DNA from: Promethearchaeota archaeon
GTDB lineage: Archaea > Asgardarchaeota > Lokiarchaeia > Sigyniarchaeales > SOKP01
DNA: 64,000 nucleotides
NCBI GenBank assembly: GCA_029838195.1
Contig: JALGVJ010000038.1
Location: 1 to 64,000, forward strand
Direction: 5' to 3'
Shown here: piece after piece, positions 1 to 9,140 of the stretch
Layout: the number at the start of each line of letters is the position of its first letter
Position numbering within the stretch: the stretch's first letter is position 1
The notes under the pieces: generated by a model
Told to the model about the DNA's origin: nothing
Database searches by the model: none
What the model saw: the letters and a program-made list of their open reading frames with translations, nothing else
Program-made: the position numbers and the translations under genes

Positions 1-1
1 C

Positions 2-1536
2 GTCGCAAAGGAATAAGCTTCAAATAGAAGATTGAAATAGGAGCTCGTCCTCGACGCCATCCATTCCGTCGCAGTGGTCGCAAAGGAATAAGCTTCAAAT
101 AGAAGATTGAAATTGTCACAGCCGTGTCACAGTTAGTTGTTTTAAGAAGTGTCGCAAAGGAATAAGCTTCAAATAGAAGATTGAAATACTGGTTTTAACC
201 CCAAGCTTGTTTTAAATAGTTTCATTGTCGCAAAGGAATAAGCTTCAAATAGAAGATTGAAATAACATGGTGGGATATGACAAAAATCTCAGGTTCAAGC
301 GTCGCAAAGGAATAAGCTTCAAATAGAAGATTGAAATCGAAAACTCATAATTCGTAATTTTAAACAATACGTGGGGGTCGCAAAGGAATAAGCTTCAAAT
401 AGAAGATTGAAATTGGTACAGCAATACAAACAGCAACAGCAAGAATTAGAGCGTCGCAAAGGAATAAGCTTCAAATAGAAGATTGAAATACGCTTTCATA
501 ATTTTTGATAAAATTTACCAATTTTTTTGTCGCAAAGGAATAAGCTTCAAATAGAAGATTGAAATTTAATTTTAATGACTATTTTAGTCTTGTTTTTTTC
601 AATGTCGCAAAGGAATAAGCTTCAAATAGAAGATTGAAATTCTATGTCTTCTATAGCCTTCCTCCAATTACACTTGTTGTCGCAAAGGAATAAGCTTCAA
701 ATAGAAGATTGAAATTGGCGTTTATTTGCGTTATTCTTTTAATTAAACCGTTATGTCGCAAAGGAATAAGCTTCAAATAGAAGATTGAAATAAGCCAAAA
801 GGGGATTTGAATGATAAGCTTTATCAAACGTCGCAAAGGAATAAGCTTCAAATAGAAGATTGAAATAATAACGCAAATAGGCACGAAGACGCATAGCCGA
901 ACGGTCGCAAAGGAATAAGCTTCAAATAGAAGATTGAAATAGAATCAAAAATTAAGAATCAAGATTTAAAAAATTGTCGCAAAGGAATAAGCTTCAAATA
1001 GAAGATTGAAATAGACAACTGCTCAAGAAGTAGAAGACTTGAAATCCCAAGTCGCAAAGGAATAAGCTTCAAATAGAAGATTGAAATTTCCCCCGTCCAC
1101 GACACCTGGAGCAGTTACTCTCGGTCGCAAAGGAATAAGCTTCAAATAGAAGATTGAAATATTCATCCATCTCTTCGTTAAGGAAAATGGAGAATGGTCG
1201 CAAAGGAATAAGCTTCAAATAGAAGATTGAAATCTTTTGTTCTCATCTCTTCAGAATCATAAATCTTTTTTGTCGCAAAGGAATAAGCTTCAAATAGAAG
1301 ATTGAAATATGAAGCTCTTGATGGCACCTTCTCATAGTCTATCTCATATCGCAAAGGAATAAGCTTCAAATAGAAGATTGAAATACCTCAACCTGTAATA
1401 GATACTCTCCATATCTATCCAGGGTCGCAAAGGAATAAGCTTCAAATAGAAGATTGAAATGAATAAGTAGTTCTCCTCACATCATATGGTTTTAATGATG
1501 TCGCAAAGGAATAAGCTTCATATAGAAGATTGAAAT
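2..1536 (+). CRISPR. CRISPR array, 21 repeats of GTCGCAAAGGAATAAGCTTCAAATAGAAGATTGAAAT (37 bp) and 20 unique spacers of about 35-39 nt; probably continues left of the window
   Basis: Repeats start at 2, 77, 151, 227, 301, 377, 453, 529, 604, 679, 755, 830, 904, 976, 1051, 1124, 1197, 1272, 1348, 1424 and 1500. The 3' end ATTGAAAT gives the orientation. Variant repeats at 1348 (G>A) and 1500 (A>T) mark the trailer end. Confidence 0.99.
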
Positions 1537-1838
1537 CTGAATTCTCGAAGGGGAAAAGATTCATTGAAGGAGGGGGGTTGGAAGCGATCATGTCTTTTTT
1601 TTACTGATTTTTTTATCGAAAGTAATTCAAATGATTTAGTGTGGTAGGAAAGGGAGGGAAGGGAAGTAGTTTTTCATGCGAGTGAGGGGGCATATTGGCG
1701 GGGTTTAGGGATGCGTGAGGGTAGAATATTCAATAAATTCAATTAAAAAAAAGTAATAGGTGGGGGCATGAGAAAAAATTTTTAAATTAGGTATGATTTA
1801 TCAAGTTTATTTAGAAAGTAAGGAAGGAGGTGGTAGCG

Positions 1839-2615
1839 ATGAGGTCGATTTATTTAATAACATCATTGGGATTGTCTCCTGGGGTGGTAACGGGGACTAT
1901 TGATGCGTTGCAATACGGCGATTTAGGGGAGAGTTATAGTCCAACCCATGTGGCTGTTATTACGACGGATAATGAATTAACACGGTTATCTTTAGAGGTG
2001 GTGGAGCATGATATTAAAAAGCATAATCCGCAACTTGTCATTCATCCATTTATCATGAGTGGGCTTTCTGATATTAACACGCGGGGGGACAATTACAAGG
2101 TAATGAAAATGTTTGTATCAGTGATAAGGGAGGGCATGAAATTAAAAGAAAAAGGAGCGGTGGAAGAGATTCACGTGAACATTGCGGGAGGGAGGAAGAC
2201 CATGTCGGGAATTTTTACGACGTTATCAAATATTTTCCCGGTGGACATGGTTTATCATTTAATTACCAGTCCGGAGATAGAGAGAGAGGGAAACATTAAA
2301 AATTTTTTGCGGGCGGATAATACATTAAATTTAGAAAAACTATCCTCTGAGGAGAGCAAGCGGATTTTACATCCGAAAGCGATGGGACTTCATGCGGTGT
2401 TAGTGGAGATTCCGATCTTGCGTTCCATTGATTTTAATGATCTTTTAGACGTGAGTTTAAAAATCCATGAGAGACGTAAAGTTCATTCTAATCATCATTT
2501 AATTCGTCTAATGGTAAGGCAAGGGTTATTGAGGGAAAAAGGGCGGGAAACATTGGAAATCACTTCGAGGGGGCATGTATTATTTGAGCTTTTGAGTAGT
2601 TTTAAAAAATCCTAA
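1839..2615 (+). CDS. CARF-domain protein (NE0113/Csx14/Crn1-like) with C-terminal winged HTH; candidate ring nuclease or regulator
   Basis: CARF motifs SLGLSPGVVT and IHVNIAGGRKTMS; wHTH-like tail (LEITSRGHVLF); GGAGGTG RBS before ATG 1839; next to the array. Confidence 0.8.
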   Translation: MRSIYLITSLGLSPGVVTGTIDALQYGDLGESYSPTHVAVITTDNELTRLSLEVVEHDIKKHNPQLVIHPFIMSGLSDINTRGDNYKVMKMFVSVIREGMKLKEKGAVEEIHVNIAGGRKTMSGIFTTLSNIFPVDMVYHLITSPEIEREGNIKNFLRADNTLNLEKLSSEESKRILHPKAMGLHAVLVEIPILRSIDFNDLLDVSLKIHERRKVHSNHHLIRLMVRQGLLREKGRETLEITSRGHVLFELLSSFKKS

Positions 2616-2866
2616 ATCAAATACTTATTTATTTTGGAATGATAAGGCGAAGAGGGCATTAAAGAAAGAAAAGACAGCACTAAATAAAAAAAAATAAATA
2701 AAAAAAAAAAATGAAATAAATAGCATTTTTTTCGGATGAACTGAGCAGGCTCAACATCGCTTGAAACAATTTTTAGCGAACGGAGTAAATTTACGATGAA
2801 GAGAAAAAAATAAAATTTTCGAGAGCGTTGAATATAAATAAATTATTACGATGAGAATGAGATCTC

Positions 2867-3088
2867 ATGAGGATTCAAAAAACCAGGACAATTATATATA
2901 TTTTGGGTCCTTCGAAGTGTATAGAAGTTGAATTTATCCATGCCGGCAAATGAATTAAAACGATCTCATTTAAATTTGCCCTTAGCAAGCTCCTTCCTAT
3001 TGATACAAGAGTTAAATTAATTTTTTTCATTCCTAAAAGCGTTGTTACTTCTTTACATGAAAACAAGGAGGAAATACTTCAAAGTTAA
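2867..3088 (+). pseudogene. Possible remnant of a Csx1-like CARF N-terminus
   Basis: Manual translation MRIQKTRTIIYILGPSKCIEVEFIHAGK*IKTISFKFALSKLLPIDTRVKLIFFIPKSVV, with an in-frame TGA at 2951; resembles Csx1-type CARF starts by eye only. Confidence 0.35.
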
Positions 3089-3618
3089 CGCTTTCGCGGG
3101 GTTTTGTGGATGCTTATGGTGATAAATGTTTTAATTTAGATTTAGAAACGCTTCATAAATTTCAACCCTTCAATCTTTAGGGCTTTATAACGTTCATGCT
3201 ACTAATTTTGAGGATAATTTTTTTTCAAAGGATCTTAAAAATTTAAATCGAATCAATGAAAGAGTATCAATAATGACTCATGTAATTGAATCTCAGAGAC
3301 ACTGAGTTATAGAATGCATTTCATTGGAACATTTATTAAATGACAGAAAGAAAACGAGCTTACTCTTTTAATACATTAAATATTATCAACGAGGAGCAAA
3401 ATAAAATAACACACTTGAAATCATGGTAAAAGATGAAATAAAAAAAATTTACTTACTTGAGAGAGAAAAGTTAAGTAGTGAATTGAGGGATTTTGGTTTT
3501 CTGAGGGATTTTAGTTTTCAACAAAATCAGCTAATTAAGACTGATAAAAAAACGAGACATCTCCTATTTTATTTCATGAAATAATAATCACGAGATTCCA
3601 AGAAGATTACAATAAGTT

Positions 3619-3681
3619 AATTAATTGAAAATTCATGTAAATTAATTGAAAATTCATGTAAATTAATTGAAAATTCATGTA
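3619..3681. repeat. Perfect tandem repeat, 3 x 21 bp (AATTAATTGAAAATTCATGTA)
   Basis: Units at 3619, 3640 and 3661, ending about 30 bp upstream of the CARF-HEPN ORF. Confidence 0.95.
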
Positions 3682-3713
3682 AAAAGATAATTTTCAATAG
3701 TAATGATCATTAT

Positions 3714-5351
3714 ATGGATTATAGTTATAAAATAGCACCAGAGAATAAAATGAACCAAGGAGAAGAAAAAGGAATGGGAGAAGCTGAGGAAGAATGCTTA
3801 GCGAGGGAAAAGGTTCGGGAGATTTCAGCTCAAATAAGTCAGATATTAGAGGAGATTCCCGAGTTAGAGAGCAACAGTGAAGAATATCAAGCAAAAATGA
3901 AAATGTTATGGGAATTGAGCAAGCAAAGATTTGTCGCTTGTTTTCACTCAGAATGGCATTTGGAAAAATATAAAGGCATTATTTTCACGGTGGGATATTC
4001 TCCCGAACCCATTATTTTATCCATATTAGCGAATGAACCGGAATGCGTTTTTTTCATTCATACGAGAGAAACAGAAAGAATCTTGGATGAAATCATCGAG
4101 CAGACGGGATTAAAGCCGTCCCAGTACAAGCGAGAAGGCATCGAGCGCGTTTCGGCTGCGGGTGCGTATGATTTAGTTAAAAGAGGAATTAAATTTCTTG
4201 TAGAGAAGAAAAACATCGAGAAAAATCGCATAGCGATTGATCCCACGGGAGGGACAAAAATCATGAGCGTGGGATGCGGCATTGCGGCGTCCGTATTCAA
4301 TTTAAATATTTTATACGTTAATAATCAAAATTATAATCCAAAATTGCGAAGACCTGAACCTGGTTCGGAGATTTTGGTTTCCATTCCGAATCCGTTCGAT
4401 ATATTCCAGGATGATAAACTAATTGATGGGCTAAAATATTTCTTGAATTTTAAATTTAATATTGCGGTGGATACTTTTAATCTCATCAAGCAGTCCTCGA
4501 ACAATCCGCTTTTTCCAGAATTATTGGCCAACTTGGCGAATTTATTGTTTCATTGGAACGCTATTGACTATAAGCGGGCATTAAGCTTTCTTGATAAGAC
4601 AAGAAATTCATTTAAACAATTAGGAGAACGAGTAGCCCACATACAAGACGAATTTTTACACATCCTCGACCAATGGGAACATTATTTATCTGAAATTCAT
4701 GATGGCATGATTCGTGGAGAAAAAGAGGTCGAAAAAATCAGCCCTCTCTTGATTCATGATATCTTGAAAAATGCAGAGCGAGAATTTTTTGACCAGGCCT
4801 ATAATAACGCCGCTCTCAAATATTATCGAACGATTGAAATGATCAATCAATACATTCTCTTCACGCATCATGAATTAAACACGCAAGATCCTGATTATTC
4901 ACGATTAAAATGGCAAGGGGCACTTCCTGCCTCTCAACACGATCTTAATCAATCCGTTTCTCCATCGACTATTGAACAAGCTCTTTTAAACAAATATAAC
5001 GAAACATGGCGTTTTATTTACCAAAAACAAGGAAAAGCAGGCGAATTCAAGGAACAATCCACCTTGCCCCGCAAGATTGGTCTTGTCGCAGGTACCATCT
5101 TGCGGTCCATTTTAGGTGAAAATGCCATCACGAAACAATCTATTTTTAACCTTCTCCAAATCATTGAAAAAAGAAATCAATCCATTTATGCCCACGGAAT
5201 AACTTCCATTAAAAAAAGTGATTGTGAAAAATTAAAAAAATGCGCAGAACAAATGTTAAAAGTAATCAAAATCCCAAGCCCCTTGAAAAATTACGTGTTT
5301 AATCAAAAAATGATGCAAACCATTGTTGACCTTTTCATCCAAGTCTTATAA
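3714..5351 (+). CDS. CARF-HEPN CRISPR-associated ribonuclease (TIGR02710/Csm6-like), cyclic-oligoadenylate effector
   Basis: CARF motifs FTVGYSPEPIILSI and IDPTGGTKIMS; C-terminal HEPN motif RNQSIYAH. Confidence 0.88.
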   Translation: MDYSYKIAPENKMNQGEEKGMGEAEEECLAREKVREISAQISQILEEIPELESNSEEYQAKMKMLWELSKQRFVACFHSEWHLEKYKGIIFTVGYSPEPIILSILANEPECVFFIHTRETERILDEIIEQTGLKPSQYKREGIERVSAAGAYDLVKRGIKFLVEKKNIEKNRIAIDPTGGTKIMSVGCGIAASVFNLNILYVNNQNYNPKLRRPEPGSEILVSIPNPFDIFQDDKLIDGLKYFLNFKFNIAVDTFNLIKQSSNNPLFPELLANLANLLFHWNAIDYKRALSFLDKTRNSFKQLGERVAHIQDEFLHILDQWEHYLSEIHDGMIRGEKEVEKISPLLIHDILKNAEREFFDQAYNNAALKYYRTIEMINQYILFTHHELNTQDPDYSRLKWQGALPASQHDLNQSVSPSTIEQALLNKYNETWRFIYQKQGKAGEFKEQSTLPRKIGLVAGTILRSILGENAITKQSIFNLLQIIEKRNQSIYAHGITSIKKSDCEKLKKCAEQMLKVIKIPSPLKNYVFNQKMMQTIVDLFIQVL

Positions 5352-6254
5352 TGCCTCATCTCAATCACGTTTCTCTTCACTCATTATCTTAATAATAATT
5401 AAAAAACCTCCTCCTCCGGCGCCCATTTTTCGAGTGAAACAATTAAAAATCTCTATTAACTTACTTACTTATTTTCTTTCCTTCCTTTCAAACCGCTTCT
5501 TACATTAACTCTGCTTATTTGGCTTATGACCTTTTTTTTCCATTTTTAATAGAGACTCCATGATTTAAGAAATTCTCCTAAAAAGGAATCTTAGAGTTAT
5601 TCCTTCCTTTCTATATTAGTAGTATTATAGAATATTTTAGGTCCTTTATTTTCTATATTTGAATAACCAGTTCTATTAATTTACACCTTTTTATCATGAT
5701 TGATTCTATAAACGAATTCCTCCAAATTTAATCTTCCCAAATCATGAATTCTTAATGCATTGCCTCATATAACCACTTATCAATAAGAACTTAATTATCA
5801 TCATAAAATTTTTCCTATTATCTCAATGGGAAAAGCGTCCTCAATTTTTTCCTTTAAACTCATGGGATACTCATCCCTATTTTTCTATTTAAACGTCTTA
5901 AATATTTTCGAGCAACACCCCACTCCCATTTATGAAGGAAAAAGACCACGAGAAAAATCTCTTTGCTATATCAGAAAAAAGTCAAATAAACTAAAATTAA
6001 AACTTAGTTGATGGAGCGATTTTTCATGAAATCAATGGTTCATGCCCATAGGGTTTTTTCTGGGTACTGGATATTAGGTTTCTCATTGATATGGATCTAA
6101 AAATTTCCAGATTCAACTTTTATTTTTCTTTCAAATGGGATGTGTTCTCTTGTTGCGAACAATATAAATAAATATTAAAGCCTTTAGAGGTTATCCCAGA
6201 TAAGGCTGTATTAGATTAAAAAACTAAGTATTTATAAAAATTTAATAAAAATTC

Positions 6255-6293
6255 ATTGCCCTCAAATACGAGGAGAGGGGTAAATGGAAAGTG
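6255..6293 (+). repeat. Degenerate copy of the solitary CRISPR-repeat-like unit
   Basis: ATTGCCCTCAAATACGAGG-AGAG-GGGTAAATGGAAAGTG aligns to the 7950/8393/11636 unit: 14/19 in the 5' part, a 4-nt insertion, and a near-identical 3' end. Confidence 0.55.
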
Positions 6294-6530
6294 CTCATTC
6301 ATTTGCTTGATGAGAGATTAAAATCGTTTGTCCATGGATTCGAAACACTCCATCAATTTTCTTAAAAGAACTACATTGCTATTAAAAATATTCATAAATT
6401 AATGAGCTCCCGATCATTTTCTATTAATTTTATGATTAATTCCCCTATTTCGTCCGCAGAAAATTTTTTTTACTGACGCTAAAAAGTAGTCATTTAATTT
6501 TATTTTATGTATTTCTTCTATAAAGGTTTT
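6293..6530 (-). pseudogene. Fragments homologous to the heptad-repeat nuclease gene at 13563-14393
   Basis: 6293-6343 matches 14018-14068 at 48/51 nt. 6391-6465 matches the 3' end 13562-13636 at roughly 79% (hand count). Confidence 0.8.
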
Positions 6531-6593
6531 TCTCTAATAAAATAGATTTACATTCATAGTATATTTTAATATTCTCTATTTTAATGTCATGTT

Positions 6594-6926
6594 TTAATAT
6601 TTTTTTGCGTATTTTAAAATTTCAAGGATAAAAGGATTTTTGTTTTTAATCATGTCATCAAATTCATTTTCCGTGTAAACGAGAGGTTCAATAGGGAGGT
6701 CGGTGAGTTCCAATATTTTTCCTATTCTTTCAATGAAGCGTTCCTTGAAATTGCCGATGATAATTAAATCAATATCACTTCCTTCATGGATATTGCCCGA
6801 TGCAAAAGAGCCGAATACGTAAATTGATTTTATTGGAAATTTTTGTTTTAAATCATTTAAGAAGGCATTTAATTTTAAATATATTTTTTCACGATCTTCA
6901 ATATTAATTCTGCATAATTTATGCAT
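6594..6926 (-). CDS. Minimal nucleotidyltransferase (MNT), antitoxin-type
   Basis: IYVFGSFASG...SDIDLIII Pol-beta motif; overlaps the HEPN gene. Confidence 0.9.
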   Translation of the reverse strand: MHKLCRINIEDREKIYLKLNAFLNDLKQKFPIKSIYVFGSFASGNIHEGSDIDLIIIGNFKERFIERIGKILELTDLPIEPLVYTENEFDDMIKNKNPFILEILKYAKKY

Positions 6927-7279
6927 TTTTCAGCATCACCTTTTTCATAAAATTCGGATGGCGTTAAATTTCCTGCTAAGCCATTCGGATAGCGTGTAGG
7001 GATATAAAACATGTCCAAAAATCTTGCTTCAGATTTTACATTTGAGAATTCCGATTGTTTTTTTTCCGCTTCCATTACCAATTCTTTTAAAGAATGGGTA
7101 ATGATTGAAGTGTAGCCTAAATTATATAAAAAAGCCTTCAAACTCTTTTCGGCGGCTTGCTGTGCTTGAAAACAACTCCAATCAAAGTTTTTAGAACTTA
7201 GACTGTTTTTAGCCGCATTTAAATCTGATTCAGCTTGTTTTAACCATCTTCGTGCTATTAATGACGCGATTTTTATCAC
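6875..7279 (-). CDS. HEPN domain protein (HEPN-MNT pair)
   Basis: WLKQAESDL, CFQAQQAAEKSLKA, THSL, YIPTRYPN. Confidence 0.92.
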   Translation of the reverse strand: MIKIASLIARRWLKQAESDLNAAKNSLSSKNFDWSCFQAQQAAEKSLKAFLYNLGYTSIITHSLKELVMEAEKKQSEFSNVKSEARFLDMFYIPTRYPNGLAGNLTPSEFYEKGDAEKCINYAELILKIVKKYI

Positions 7280-7816
7280 TTAGAATTATATTATGATAAT
7301 AATTATTACATTTTTTATTATTTTCATTATATTAAATTATACTTTATATTCATTTAAAATTAAATTATTTGCTTTTATATGACATGAGGGGAATTATTTT
7401 AGTCAATTAACTTCAAATTTTTTAAATGTGAATTCTGATTAGGCAATTTTATCTTAATATTATTGAAGCATTAATTTCAAATTAACTATAAAATATTTTT
7501 TATTTATAAAATATACCATATTGAATAATTAGAAGTTAAGTGGTAAAAATATGGAATTTTATGCTTTAAAAAAATTTTATTAAAAGAATATTAAGAAGAC
7601 TTAAATATGGATCATACCATATTATGATCAATAAATAAAATATATTTTTAAAAATAGGATTTCATATATTTAATAAAGACAAATAAAGACAATTATCAAA
7701 AAAAGTGCCTAAAGAATAGAAGATGGATGAAAATTAAAATATATATGGGGAAAAGCAGAGTATATTATTTTCAAATTTAGAACAATTTTTAAAAATAATA
7801 AAAATGAGGTGAAATA

Positions 7817-7945
7817 ATGCCGCTTTTAAAATTGGTCATACGACATGGGAAAGTAATGTTGGTTCCGAGAGAAGGAATCTCCACTATCGAAACTGAACAG
7901 ACGATCAGAATTTATAAAGAGAGTGATAAAAAGAAGGATGATTGA
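7817..7945 (+). CDS. 42-aa small hypothetical protein (not in the ORF track)
   Basis: GAGGTGA RBS, then MPLLKLVIRHGKVMLVPREGISTIETEQTIRIYKESDKKKDD*; stop lies 4 nt before repeat unit 1. Confidence 0.55.
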   Translation: MPLLKLVIRHGKVMLVPREGISTIETEQTIRIYKESDKKKDD

Positions 7946-7949
7946 ATGC

Positions 7950-7983
7950 ATTGTCCCCACACACGTGGGGGTGAATGGAAAGT
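7950..7983 (+). repeat. Solitary CRISPR-repeat-like hairpin unit, copy 1
   Basis: ATTGTCCCCACACACGTGGGGGTGAATGGAAAGT; stem CCCCAC/GTGGGG with a 4-nt loop. Confidence 0.85.
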
Positions 7984-8005
7984 AAAAAAAAAGAGGTGTA
8001 AAAAA

Positions 8006-8371
8006 ATGGAAATGAAAAAACTGAATTTAGATGAGGACGAATGGTTTTATCTCGTCGTCCAGGCGGAGCATGGGGAAGAGTATTTCATTCTTCTCCCCGT
8101 GGTGAATTCACGTGGATTCGTGATTATGGACTTGGACGCTCATAATTTCTGGGGAATTATGGAGTCGAGAGATCTCCGGTATTGGCTTTACGAACTCTTT
8201 GGTGACACGGACGTCCCACGGCATTTAGTCAATAGTCGGATATTGGACTTGAAATATCCCGCAAATTCATTCCTCGATATCGAGGAACTCATTTATCGGA
8301 GTCAAATGAAGCATGAAAAAGCCTTCGGTATATATCGGGGAGGTCCTTATCTGGATCCGCGGGAAAAATGA
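8006..8371 (+). CDS. 121-aa hypothetical protein
   Basis: GAGGTG RBS before ATG 8006. The ORF-track start at 7946 runs through the repeat. No family recognised. Confidence 0.7.
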   Translation: MEMKKLNLDEDEWFYLVVQAEHGEEYFILLPVVNSRGFVIMDLDAHNFWGIMESRDLRYWLYELFGDTDVPRHLVNSRILDLKYPANSFLDIEELIYRSQMKHEKAFGIYRGGPYLDPREK

Positions 8372-8392
8372 AAGAGTGAAAAAAATGATTAA

Positions 8393-8426
8393 ATTGTCCC
8401 CACACACGTGGGGGTGAATGGAAAGT
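8393..8426 (+). repeat. Solitary CRISPR-repeat-like hairpin unit, copy 2
   Basis: Identical to copy 1 over 34 nt. Confidence 0.85.
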
Positions 8427-8453
8427 GGGAGAATGGGAGTAGGGAGGGAGCAC

Positions 8454-8552
8454 ATGGTTAGTTGTAATGAATGCGGATATGAAAGAGAGGATATTGTAGA
8501 AGAGGGATTTTATTATTGTCCTATTTGTGATGAATATACCTATTTTTCATGA
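8454..8552 (+). CDS. 32-aa Zn-ribbon microprotein, copy A (not in the ORF track)
   Basis: MVSCNECGYEREDIVEEGFYYCPICDEYTYFS*; CxxC...CxxC; G-rich RBS; paralog at 11698. Confidence 0.75.
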   Translation: MVSCNECGYEREDIVEEGFYYCPICDEYTYFS

Positions 8553-9140
8553 TTCAAGCGCATGCGGAAAGTTTTAGGAATAGATTTAATATTTTTGAGA
8601 GAGGGGTTCTATAATAATTTATTTTGGGGGGGGCGTCATGAGATAAATTTTCGAGAGAATTTATTCCAAAACATCGCTTTCTCGGATTAATTTTTCACAG
8701 GAATAATTATGTGTCAATTTGTTAAATTCTTATATTTTTTAGAGAGAAATTTTTTTTCTTATATTAGGCTCATTAATCAATCTCATAAGGTTTGTTCCGC
8801 CCAAATTTTTCCTATTAAGTTATATGTATGACTTTCATTATCCTTTATTTCCCATGATAATTCATGGTGGGGGAGTATTTATATAACAAGTTTTTCATTT
8901 AATAGAGAATAGAAGAAAGATGATGCATTTTCTTTGATTTTCATATGAATTAAGATTTTATTATTTTTTCCTATTCAATATATAAATACATTTTTATTGA
9001 GAGAACTGGGCGTGCTAAGTAATGAATGTATTCAGAGAGGTTATTCTACTTTATTTTTTGTTTGTTTTTTGTCAGTATATTTCTAATTATTAATTTCTTA
9101 ATAAAATCCTTTATTATTTACGTTATTTTAATTATATATC

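Noticed and set aside
651-1369. ORFs 651-884 and 1178-1369
   Set aside because: They are translations of CRISPR repeats and spacers.
7946-8005. Shared peptide CPHTRGGEWKV in ORFs 7946 and 11491
   Set aside because: It is the translated repeat unit. The frame relative to the nearest ATG is not kept in copy 2, and a better RBS/start exists at 8006.
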